A stretch of 64,000 nt of DNA from Anthoceros angustus (Eukaryota > Plantae > Anthocerotophyta). Shown here piece by piece: positions 21,560 through 32,900 of the stretch; within the stretch, counting starts at the first letter, position 1; every line of letters begins with the position of its first letter. The position numbers were made by a program, and so were the translations under genes. The DNA lies in contig VJWM01000106.1 in NCBI GenBank assembly GCA_010909165.1, positions 992,001-1,056,000 on the forward strand. Reading direction: 5' to 3'. Under the pieces are notes generated by a model. The model did not search any database. It was not told the origin of the DNA and saw only the letters and a program-made list of their open reading frames with translations.

Positions 21560-22921
21560 CTTCTTGTTAAATTCTGTGGCTATCTGTCCAGACACAGTTT
21601 GCACCTCCATCTGCTCCAGATACCGCTCTTTCTGGTGAAGATCCGAGCTCTTTGCAGCCAAAGGCACCTTGAACCTCTTGACCACCGTGGGAAAGGATGT
21701 TCCTGCCGAGACATTTATTACCTGCGCATCATAAGACCGAGCTCCACCTGCACTGAATGGGGGTGGTGCAATCTGCACATAAACCGTTGGCATCGGTTCC
21801 AATTCTAGATTCTTCCGGAAGCCAGTCTCTCCAGAAGGTGATGCAAGGACTCGTAGAACTTGCCCCTCAAGTGCTGCACATTCCGAGAGGGAATTTTCCT
21901 CCACTCCGGAATCTCAGGCTGCACTGCTTCCCAAACGTACTTGTCAGGGCGGCCGCTTGGTTTGCCAAGGCCGCTCAACGTACTGGATATGGTCTCGTTG
22001 GAGACCGCCACCACCTTCAGCGGTATGTCGCTGATGTTGTCGAAGAGCTCCAGCTGAAGCCACCCTCCTTCCACCTCTTTCTGGAATTCCCTCACCATCT
22101 TCTTAGTAGACTTGTTCAGGTGACAGAATGTGTAGGTTGAAATTTTGCACCGATCACGCAAGGTCCGTAGGTGAAGGCCAATGTCCCGATGCCGCGTGTC
22201 CCCATCCAGATATCTGTCTCCACCTCCGTCATGAAACCGTTTGCCATGGCAAGGAGCGTCACCAACGTGAATCAATACACGATTAGCAGCCTGCCAGCTC
22301 AAATTGGCCACATCCTCAAGGCCACTGAAAACGTTCTCCGCTAGATCGCCGCCACCAGATGCTTTCACATCTGACAGAGCCCTGACGAAGACGCTGCGTT
22401 CACCTCGAAAGCTGGTGGTGAAAGCACATGACTTGTGGGAGGCATCGTCGTAATCCCGGTAAGACGCGAACGCCACACGCAGCTTGGACTGAGGATGTGC
22501 TTGCGCGATGCCCTCCGCAACAGAAGCCACCTCATCCTTCACCATATCTGGGCCCTGTAGCATACACCAGGAAGGCAAGGTCCTGCGCCTGCGCCTTGCG
22601 GATGATGATGCTGAGCTATGCCTTGCGGTTCTGCGTTGCTTCCTTGTGATGCCATTGTAGGTACAACAGCCGCTCATCATCGAGAGCCAGCTCAGCTTCC
22701 ACTTTGGCCAGCTCCTGGCGTGTTTGAGAGGACGCAGGGTCCCGGGCCGTGCCGCTGCTGGGACTGCTTCTGCTTCTGCTGGTCGTCACAGTCGGTGAGA
22801 AGTTTGCTTCAAGCATCTCCAGTTTTAGCTTCAGCTTCTCCAATTCCAACCTCGTACTGATCCTGGTTGCGGATCTGCCCTCACAAGAATTCTCCTCAAT
22901 GGCCGGCAGTCGGGACGCCAT
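21560..22921 (-). pseudogene. Coiled-coil + vWA + alpha-kinase paralogue 1 (kinase truncated after the N-lobe)
   Basis: N-terminal coiled coil (22616-22927), then an in-frame TAG and 'QDLAFLVYATG' (altered MIDAS). vWA body 'LRVAFASYRDYDD...GGGDLAENVFSGL...LIHVGDAPCHG'. Kinase start 'VQIAPPPFSAGGAR...VVKRFK...EVQTVSGQIATEFN'. Frameshifts present; the C-lobe is replaced by a tandem repeat. Confidence 0.85.
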
Positions 22922-23189
22922 GGCCACACAGCTTGCTGCAATTGCGAATAAATGCGAGGATGTTGGAGCGTGTTTCAGTACACAGCTGCGCCCCCTTCAG
23001 CAGCAGCGGATGCAAGCTGCTGGAAGTGCTAACGACCGCCGCCAATGGCGGTCCCGCCGCCGCCAGAGCCTCTAATCGACCTGTAAACTGGAACCCATGC
23101 CATTGAGGCCGACGGTGCGGACGCCGAGGCCAGGTCGTCACGGGGAACGTCCGTCCGGTTCTGGATTGGACATCCACTCAATACATGCA

Positions 23190-23750
23190 TGAATGGACAT
23201 GCCCCATCCTGGTGACCTGCCAACTGCCCACATGCAACCTTGAATTCGTCGAAGATGGATCACCCTGGAGATCGTATTAAAGGCGTTCTCAACGTCCACT
23301 TGCAGGGCAGGACCCCGCAAAAGCCAAGGATTCGTAGCTCCTCGGAGTAGCAATACTAAATTGGTGAAAGGAGATGGCCTCCCTCACAGCAATAGAGTGA
23401 AACAAAAATGCCTCCCTCACAGCAATAGAGTGTACCCCGGAACGCAAAAATGCCTCCCTCACAGCAATAGAGCGTACCCCGGAAGTGGGCTTTTCTACAG
23501 CCAACAACCGACTTGGCCCCCTAAACTTGAGAAATGCGAAAAGGAGTCTCCCCCTAGCCACATAGGCTAGCATAATGAACAATTCCAAAAAAACCGCTGG
23601 AGGGTCCTCGGGAGTGAAGCAGTCCCGGAGGTGGTCATAGACCATTCCCGACATACCCCTGAAGAAAAAGGCAAAGCAGAGGTCAGGGCCCGACCAAAAC
23701 CGGCCTGTCGAGAGTAAAGGGCTCCCTTTTGTTATTACTGCAGGAGCCCA
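23190..23750 (-). mobile_element. Fragment of CRE-like (early-branching, RLE-type) non-LTR retrotransposon reverse transcriptase
   Basis: Minus-strand translation gives 'GMSGMVYDHLRDCF', 'SRLLAVEKPTSGVRSIAVREAFLR', 'HQFSIATP' and 'LQVDVENAFNTISR', which are RT motifs 0-3 typical of CRE/SLACS-like elements. It contains an internal triplication. Confidence 0.65.
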
Positions 23751-23764
23751 ACCACCAAGCAAAG

Positions 23765-24090
23765 GACTGCAAAACAAGACTAGCCGGATACAGATCCAAA
23801 AAGAAAAGTGAAAGGCTTCAAAGAACTGCAAGACAAGACTAGCCGGGATATAGATCAAAAAGAAAAGTGAAAGGCTTCAAAGAACTGCAAAACAAGACTA
23901 GCCGGGATACAGATGCAAAAAGAAAAGTGAAAGGCTTCAAAGAACTGCAAAACAAGACTAGCGGAGATACAGACCCAAAAAGAAAAGTGAAAGGCTTCAA
24001 AGAACCGCAAAACAAGACAAGCCGGAATATGGATCCAAAAAGAAAAGTGAAAGGCTTCAAAGAAGCGCAAAACAAGACTGGTAGACTTTA
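23765..24090. repeat. ~60-bp tandem repeat x~5 (aaaagaaaagtgaaaggcttcaaagaactgcaaaacaagactagccggatacagatcc)
   Basis: Direct inspection. Recurs at ~41170-41480 and ~55995-56300. Confidence 0.9.
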
Positions 24091-24559
24091 AGAAGGAAAT
24101 CATCCAAGCCAATCAAGTCAGCCGGAAGGACCAAGAACATATCTTCGTGTACTTCACGCAAGAGGTCGTGTACTTGATCGTTGACTCGGTGAAGCTATAA
24201 TCTTCTTTAATTTCTCAAGCTATGAGGTATTGCTAGTGGGACACTCGATGACATGCCTCCAAATATTTTGACCAAAGGATTGACTTTAGATAAACATATT
24301 ACGTTTAGCGATATGCTAGGCTTAAGAGAGTAATATCGATGTGTTGAATGGGAATATTAAAATCTATACGATTGGTGCAACACATCCCATATTAAAGTTC
24401 ACTTAATAAGTCCTACAAGTGTATAGGACAAAATGGACAAAAATAGGATCTAATAAGTTCATACCCACCGAGATTGTCAAGGCGAACGGCTAAATATGTA
24501 TGCATAGCACACCTTTTCAGCATATGGAGGCTCGGATACCATGCCTGTTTGCCCCACCC

Positions 24560-25125
24560 GAATATACGCATGTCTCCATATTCATCATCAAAATCATGAA
24601 ACGCCTGCCATGGCAAGGAGCGTCCGGAATGTAAAGTAGAACGTAAAGAATGTAAAGAATGCTTTACATTCCGGAGGTTCGAGAGCGTGGAGCCTTAGCC
24701 TTCCATCTCAAATCAGCCACGCTCTCGAAGCTTAAGCCACTGAAAACATCTTCCCCGTATCGCCGCCGCCGCCAGTTGCTTCCACACCCAATGGCCTTCA
24801 TACTCATGCTCCTGTAGCATCCACCAGGAACGCCACGTCCAGCGCCTGCTCCTTCTGGATGACAATGCTGAGCTCAGCCTGGCGGCTCCGCGTTGCCTCT
24901 TGGTTATGTCGTTCCAGGGACGAAAGCCGCTCATTCCTAGCAGCGAGCTTGGTTTTCACCATAGCCAGCGCGCTTGTGCTGGAAGTACTTCTGCTTAGCC
25001 GCTCGTCTTAGTCGATGACGTGCTCATTCCAGCCATGGCCAGTTCGAGCCTCCGCTTCCTCAACGATCTGGCCTCCCAATAGGCCTCCGCATCTCCGGCA
25101 GCTAGGAGCTCCACGAGTCCGCCAT
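24560..25125 (-). pseudogene. Internally deleted coiled-coil/vWA paralogue 2 (no kinase)
   Basis: Remnants 'LSIVIQKEQALDVAFLVDATG', 'EDVFSGL...VADLRWKA' and 'DAPCHG.RFHDFDD', with stops and deletions. Confidence 0.75.
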
Positions 25126-25670
25126 CGCCAGACCTGGATCCACCTCCCAGATGCGGCAATTGCGAACGAGTTCGAGGACGGTCGCGCGCATTCCTTTTCG
25201 CCTGATTTCTACTTGAGCCTACGCCCCATTCTGCTTCAAACGTACGAGCGTGCGGGGCAGTCAGGTAACTGATTGTTACTGATCTTACTGCTTCAGCCGT
25301 GAAGCCATTAAAACAAGTAATGGACGGAGGGATTTGCGAATGTTACGGGATCATTACAAAGTTTCTCAAGGACCGGGTAACGTTCCACGTTCTACTCAAA
25401 TTCTCCCGCATCCACCGGGGTTCACATCCTGCGGTGCTCTGGAGACTATGAATCCTCCGTAAATTCTAGCTGTTTGCATTCTGGAAAAGCTGCCGCACTA
25501 CAAACACAAACGACGGTTCGGGTAAAGCGATGCAAGGATGGCTGCTATCATCTACCCAAAATTTGGAAGCATCCAATCCAGCAAAGTAAGCACTTAACAA
25601 CCCTACAAGCCTCTGCCTTACAATCCCTACACCCCTCTAAAAATCCCTACAACCATCTGCCTTAACATGC

Positions 25671-27434
25671 CTATGCCAGCACTGTACCTGACTTAGTGTA
25701 ACCATTCATGCTCGGCTTCAGCTTTAGAGCTCGGCACACATCGTTGCATTTGTGCGTTTTGTAAAAGAGGTCAAATCCCGCTTCTCCCAAGTTTGTCGTG
25801 GTGAAGCGCAACAAATCCTTGCTGTGTATGGCTGGATCACACAGCCAAAACTCGTTCTCGCCGTTTGAACTTCGCACTCGCACGCCCTGGAGGTCAGTCA
25901 CCATGAGGTGACCTTTCGACCTTCATGCGTCCAGTGACTAAACGCCTGCAAGGTAGCAGCGTAATCTGCCGTATTTACATATCCAGCATTATTCGAATAC
26001 TTTATCCATGTCCCTTTCAGAAATTTCTCCTTGTTGTAGAAAAGGCATGGCCCGCCGGATGCACCTTCCACATTGAGAGTTGTTACCATGGAGAACGTCA
26101 CCTGCTTAGCCCCTACCAGGTTCCTCATCTTCTCGTTAAATTCTGTGGCCATCTGTCCAGACACAGTTTGCACCTCCATCTGCTCCAGATACCGCTCTTT
26201 CTGGTGAACATCCGAGCTCTTTGCAGCCACAGGCACCTTCAACCTCTTGAGCACTATGGGAAAGGATGTTCCTGCCGAGACTTTCGTTACCTGCGCATAA
26301 TAAGGCCACCGCATAGCTCCACTTCCAATGAACGGATGTGGTGCTATCTGCACATAAACCGTTGGCATTGGCTCCAGTTCAAGATTCTTGCTGGAAGCCA
26401 GTCTCTCAAAAGCTGATCCAAGGAGCCGTAGAACTTGCCCCTCAACTGCTGCGCAATCCGAGAGGGAATTTTCTGCCAATCTCGGGGAATCCCAGGCTGC
26501 ACCGTCTCGAAAACGGACGTGTCGGGCGGCCTTTCGCTTTGCCAAGACAGCTCAATGTACTGGATATGGTCTCGTTGGAGACCGCCACCACCTTCAGCGG
26601 TATGTCGCTGATGTTGTTGAAGAGCTCCTGCTGTATCCACCTCCCTCCACCTCTTTCTGAAATTCCGTCACCATCTTCTTAGTAGACTGGTTGAGGTGAC
26701 AAAATGTAGCTTGAAATTTTGCACCGATCGCGCAATGTCCGAAGCAGAACGCCGATATCCCGAACCAGCTTGTCCCCGTCGGCGTACCTGTCTCCTACCC
26801 CGTCATGAAACCGCCTGCCATGGCAAGGAGCGTCACCAATGTGAATCAACACACGATTAGCTGCCTGCCAGCTCAAATTGGCCACATCCTCTAGGCCACT
26901 AAAACATCTTCCGCATCATCCAGGCCAGCGCCGGATGCCTTCACTTCTGACAGGGCTGTGACCAAGACGCTGCCATCACCGCGGAAGCTGGTGGTGAAGT
27001 CACACCTCTTGTAAGGGGATCGTCGTAATCCCGGTAAGACGCGAACGCCACTCGCAGCTTGGACTGAGGATGTGCTTGCGTGATGCCCTCCGCCACAGAA
27101 GCCACCTGGCCTTGCGGATGATGATGCTCAGCTCAGCCTTGCGCTTCTGCGTTGCATCCTTGCGGTGCCGTTCCAGGTAAGACAGCCGCTCATTCTTGGC
27201 TGGGAGCTGAGCTTCCACTATGGCCAGCTTCTGGCGCGTTTGAGAGGATGCAGCGTCCCTGGCCGCGCTGCTGCTGGCACTGCTTCTGCTGCTGCTGCTG
27301 CTTGTCTCACTCGATGAGATGTTTGCTTCGAGCTTCTGCAGTAGCAGCTTCAGCTTCTCCAATTCCAACCTCGTTCTGGTCCTGGTTGCGGATCTCCAAT
27401 AGCTCTCCTCAATGGCCGGTAGTAGGAACGCCAT
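25671..27434 (-). pseudogene. Coiled-coil + vWA + complete alpha-kinase (eEF2K/MHCK/VwkA-like) paralogue 3
   Basis: Contains all alpha-kinase hallmarks: 'PFIGSGAMRWPY', 'IVLKRLK', 'KYSNNAGYV', 'LQAFSHWTHE', 'MVTDLQGV', 'LCDPAIHS', 'NLGEAGFDLF', 'HKCNDVC'. vWA 'LIHIGDAPCHG' is present. The MIDAS segment is deleted with a frameshift near 27110. Confidence 0.9.
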
Positions 27435-27774
27435 GGAGTTTGCTGCAATTGCGAATAAATGCTAGGTTGTTGGAGTTTTTCACTACGCAGCTCTGCCCCT
27501 TCTGCAGGCGGCGGAGGGAAGCTTCTGGAAATGATAACGGCCGCCGCCAACGGCAACCCGTTGCCGCTAGACCATTAAGAGCCTGCAATCGAGCTGTAAC
27601 CTGCAACGCTGCTTAAGGGCAAAGCCTGCAGGCCATTGGGGCCAAGAGTACGGACGGCGAGGCCACGTCATCACGGTGAACGAACGAACGTCCTCCGGAT
27701 TTGAACAGGATGTCACTCCACACATTACATGCATGCATGTATGTCCTCCTTCGGCGCTAAAGCTCAAGGTGGCC

Positions 27775-28140
27775 TCATCCTGTTGAGGGTGTGACTGTGG
27801 GTATTCTTGCAGACTCACAGCTTCCCCTAGGCACAAATCCATCGTGCTCTTGGAGGCCATTGACTGGTCACTGAAAATCGTGATTCACAACTTCGATTTG
27901 GGTTCCAAAGTGCTTACAACAACGCACTGTTCAACCACGATACGTTTCAAGCTTGGGATGTAATAAAATCGAAGCACATACAAGAAAGTTCAACCACGAT
28001 ACGTCTCAAGTTCGGTATGTATTCAAATCGAAGAACATACAAGCAACGGGTGTCAGCACATGTTCGAGATTGGACGGACTCCAGATCTTCTAATTCCCAA
28101 GACAAGGTTCCTTGGCAGTACAGCTATGAGGCCTGATGAC
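27775..28140 (+). pseudogene. Duplicated 3' fragment of the GT92 gene
   Basis: High nucleotide similarity to ~20040-20365 (catcctgtt.agggtgtgac...aggcacaaatccatcgtgctcttggaggccattgac...aattcccaagacaagg), with a small internal duplication. Confidence 0.85.
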
Positions 28141-28259
28141 TGAAAAGAGCAGTAAGGCCTGATGACTGAGAAAGGCAGTGATGAGACTGCTGCTATCATG
28201 TACCGCAAAATTTGAAAGCATGCGCAGCCATCTAGCGAAGCAAAACATAATCCACAACT

Positions 28260-29230
28260 CTACGTGCCTCTGCCATACGATCCCACTGCCTTTAGCTTCA
28301 GAGCTCGGCACACATCGTTGCACTGGTGTGTTTCGTAGAAGAGCTTAAATCCTGATTCTCCCATGTTCGTCTGGGTGAAGCGTTGTAAATCTTGCTGTAG
28401 ATGGCCGGATCACTGAGCCAAAACTCGTCCTCCGACCCTGGGTTCTGCGCTCGCACACCCTGGAGGTCACCCACGATAAGGTGACCTTTAGACCTTTCAT
28501 ACGTCCAATGAGTGAACGCCTGCAAGGAATGAGCGTAATCGGACTTATCCACATATCCGCTATTGCAGGAATACTTCTTCCATGATCCTTCGAGAGGTTT
28601 CTCCATGTTGTAGAATTTGCACGGCTCCCCGATGCACCTTCCACTTGGAGGGTTGTGACCACGGAGAACGTCACCCGTCTTGCCCTGGCAGGTTCCTCGT
28701 CCTATCATTGAATTCGTCGGCCAATCGTGCACTCACTACTTGCACCTCCATTTGCGCTAGATACCGCGCCTTATCCAGGCGTGCAGGCCCCGGCACCTTG
28801 AAATTCTTCACCACCATCGGAAATGGTGTCCCTGACGAGTCATTCATTACCCGGGCATGAAAAGGCCACCTATTAGCCCTTCATTGCTGAATGGGTTTGG
28901 AGCAACCTGAAGAGCAATTGCTGCGATAGCTTCCAGTTCAAGATTCATGCGGGATTCCAGTCTGGCCAAAAGGTCATCCAAGGAATCGTAAACCTTGAAA
29001 CTGAATTGCTGCGCCTTGTGATAGGGAATCGTTTCCCAGTTCGGTTCCACTACTGGTTTCGGCGCCGCAGTGCCCATGTCGGGGCTTCACGTTGTTTCTT
29101 GGTGACTGGTTATGTCGTTCCCGGTAGGGCAGCCGCCTCCAATACCAGTCCTGTATTTGCAAATCCGGCCTCACTGTAGCTCCGCGATGCACAGCAGCTA
29201 GCTAGAACTTCCAGGAATCCGCCGTCGCCA
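28260..29230 (-). pseudogene. Alpha-kinase paralogue 4 (vWA deleted)
   Basis: 'QVAPNPFSNEG', 'MVVKNFK', 'KKYSCNSGYV', 'LQAFTHWTYERSKGHLIVGDLQGV', 'LSDPAIYS' and 'HQCNDVC' spread over several frames. Only a short remnant of the N-terminal region lies upstream. Confidence 0.88.
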
Positions 29231-29364
29231 CAGTGGTACAGACGTCGATGTACAACCCGGTGGCGGAAATTGCGAACACTGAAGTCCGAGACAGTGAAGC
29301 GCATTCCTTTCCTCGCCTCATTTCTAAGCCGCGCCAGCGTTTCGTTACTCTTAAGCTTTAAGCC

Positions 29365-29520
29365 ACTGAGGCTTGAGCTTCTAATTACGCCCTTGAGCTT
29401 ACGCCAACTCCTGAGGCTGAGCTACGCTTGAGCGTATAATCACGCCCCTTGAGCTCACGCCGCCTACTGAGGCTGAGCTACTCTGCTACACTTGAGCTGA
29501 TAATTACGCCCCGTTCTGCT
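29365..29520. repeat. Degenerate tandem repeat (ctgaggctgagctac / attacgccc units) upstream of kinase paralogue 4
   Basis: Direct inspection. Copy at ~46775-46930. Confidence 0.6.
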
Positions 29521-29945
29521 TCGGACGTACCAGCGTTACGCATAAGAGGCAGGTGACGATGGGCCGGCCTATCCGTGTCAGGTCCACCCGCCAATCCACT
29601 AATGACGCCATCGACGCTGGGTAGCTCGGTATGGGCAGGGCCAGAAAATAGGTTGGGCAAAGTGTTTCTCTTCTGCCCAGACTTTGGTCCATCGGGCCGT
29701 GTGCAACGACGGGGTGTGCACATTCCTGGGAATGTGGTGTGCTAACTCGAATCATAGCAACTACGGCGTGTACACATAAGGAGCGACTCCGTCACAGCCT
29801 GTCCATCAAAACTCCGCTAGCTATCCGTAAACCCACTCATGAACAAATCAGGGTTGGGGAGATGGGACGGCTGTTATCGTCTATGGCAAAATTTGAAAGC
29901 ATCCCATCCAGCAAAGCAAAACCTTCTAGAAACTCATATATCTTC

Positions 29946-32900
29946 TGTTAAAATGATAGCATTAGCCCTTAGGGCACGCTGAAGAGCAAGGCTACAAGCA
30001 GAACATTTAGAAAATATCAGATCACTTAGAGAGCAAAGGAATCTTAAAGAAGCAGGAGAAAACTTGTGGCATTACGGTTGGAACGTTACCTGCGGTGTCC
30101 TGCTGCTAATTGGGGAAGAAATTCTCTTAAGAGGTCACATTGACCTAACAGAGTACGATTGGTCTTATCTGCAAGTTGAATTTTTGTTTCACCAACCATG
30201 AAGAAACAGTTCACTACAACCCCGGCGTAATTGCCCCAATTTCCCATGAAACTCAAGCGACAAGTCACATCTTGCCTAGGAAACCTAAGCCGCCAACATG
30301 GCCTCTACCAACTTCCATCCGCAAAAGACATAGAAGACACCCACAATTCCGTAATTGAAAATTGAATGGACCAACCACATGCCCACATAAAATCTCCCCA
30401 ACGAACGTCTGAGTCCTTATTACTATGCAAATAGAAAATATCTACCCTACTCGAAACAGTTTTCGAGTCTAGAAACCAGACACACACAAGATGTCAACCT
30501 CTCACCTCTCCTTGTCCAAGGAGGACAAGTTCGATGGCAGCAACACAATTTCCATACTGGAAATTGGGATGACCAACATCCTCAAAGAGCGCAAGCTGGG
30601 CTACGTCGGGGTAGGCAACCCCGCCCCCATACCTTTCCCAGCAGAACCCAAAGAAGACAAAGACGATCGGAGGACCACAACCAACAAGCTAAAATGTTCT
30701 CATGCAAAGCATGAAGCAAAACACCGTCCAAGAATTCGAGGGGCACACGGTAGCGGCTGACACCTGAAATCTATGACGCCCACGACATTATGCATACAAT
30801 ACACACCATCAAGAGCTACCTCGGCCTCCGCATGGCGAGGGTGACCATGTGGACCACCATGCAATGGTGTTTGAGCACAGCGGTGAAGTTCCGGGCCCTT
30901 GGCTTCAACATCCCGAGGAGCTCCTAGTAGCAGTGCTATCAACACTAGCGGAATCGTGGGTGGCCGTGCAAAGCTTACAGGGCATTCAACCTCTAACAAC
31001 AAGGTACTGCTATGCTTACGAGGAAGGCCGCGGGAAGGTCTTCGCTCACGCCGGAGAACCCTCCTCCAGCAGCGCCTTCTTCACAGAAAGAGGGAGGCAA
31101 CGAGGTCGCGGACGAGGCAATTTCCGGGGAACAAACCGCGGCACCCCTAGAGGACGGGGCTTCTTTCCCAGCCGTGGCAGAGGTACACACAACCCTTCAT
31201 GGAAGCCCGTCTGCGGCTACTGCAAAATCCCTGGACACACATACGAGGAATGCCGGAAAAGATTAGGCTCTTCTAACAACTACAGAAATCAACATTCGGA
31301 TGGCCTTAACCATGCAAATGACACTCCAAGGCTTTCTTTACTCACGTTAGCCATGAAACACCACCTCAAAGACACCTCCTCTTGACTCTTGCAGCTTTTT
31401 TCAGCACAAGGAACAAGCACATGTACATAGATTGAGTCAGACATGACTCCCCACAAGGAATACTTCACAAGCCTCAACCCTACAAAGACAATCCAACTTT
31501 GTTAGCCTTGGTGACAACTCCAAACACCACATAATAGGGTCGGATCAGAGACCTAAGCGTCCAACCTAATTCAACCATGCAAATTTCGACGTCCTCTTAG
31601 TACCGGACTCACCAAAATCTCTTTTTGCGTAAGGTTGATCAGGATGCTACGTTTGTTTTGGAGATGGCCATTGCGTCATAGAAACCCCACAAGGCGATCC
31701 GACACAGGCGACCTTAAGAACGATGATTTGTACCACCTACGGGTTAGCCACCCTCTTCACTCTCTGGCACGAGACAAAATCGACCTTTCTCGCACGCCAC
31801 TTGGGCACATGAACGTCAGAATGCAGGATATGATTAAAACACAAGCTGCTCATGGTATTCCTCTTACCAATATCGAGGACTTCGGTATCTGCGACGCATG
31901 CTCCCTCGGCAAGAGTCACCGCTCAGCCTTCCCTAAGGCATCCTACACACGAGCTACCAAGCGGCTTCAGTTAGTGCATTCCGACCTATGCGGGCCTTTC
32001 AAACGATCCCTATTTGGATATACATATTTCATGCTGGTAATCGACGACTTCACTCGATTCACCGTTATATACATCCTCAAGAACAAGGCCCAAGCATTCC
32101 CATGCTTTAAAGAGTACAAGATATGGTCGGAGAAGCAACGGTGACACCTTACTGCCTCGGATCGAGCGGTGGTGAATCTTGCTCCACCCAATTTTCCACC
32201 TTCCGCAAGGAACACGACATTCATCGGATTACCACTCCACACACCTCTCCTTGTCCAAGGAGGACAAGTTCGATAAAACACAATTTCCATACTGGAAATT
32301 CGGGATGACCAACATCCTCAAAGAGCGCAAGCTGGGCTACGTCGGGGTAGGCAACCCCCGCCCCCATACCTTTCCCAGCAGAACCCAAAGAAGACAAAGA
32401 AGGCGGGAGGACCACAACCAACAAGCTAAAATGTTCTCATGCAAAGCATGAAGCAAGGCACCGCCTCGAGGGACAGCCACGGTGACACTGACACCGCATG
32501 AAATCTATGACGCCCACGACATTATGCATACAATACACACCATCAAGAGCTACCTCGGCCTCCGCATGGCGAGAGGTGACCATGTGGACCACCATGCAAT
32601 GGTGTTTCGAGCTGACGGTGAAGTTCCAGGCCCTTGGCTTCAACATCCCCGAGGAGCTCCTAGCAGCAATTCTGCTATCAACACTACCGGAATCGTGGGT
32701 CAGCGTCGTGCAAAGCTTACAGGGCATTCAACCTCTAACAGTCAACAAGGTACTCAGTGCTATGCTTACAGAGGAAGGCCGCAGGAAGGTCTTCGCTCAC
32801 GCCGGAGAACCCTCCTCCAGCAGCGCCTTCTTCACAGGAAGAGGGAGGCAACGAGGTCGCGGACGAGGCAATTTCCGGGGAACAAACCGCGGCACCCCTA

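Noticed and set aside
23765-24090. 60-bp repeats with a short variable segment, superficially CRISPR-like
   Set aside because: The variable part is only a few substituted bases, there are no unique spacers or cas genes, and the context is eukaryotic. It is a minisatellite.
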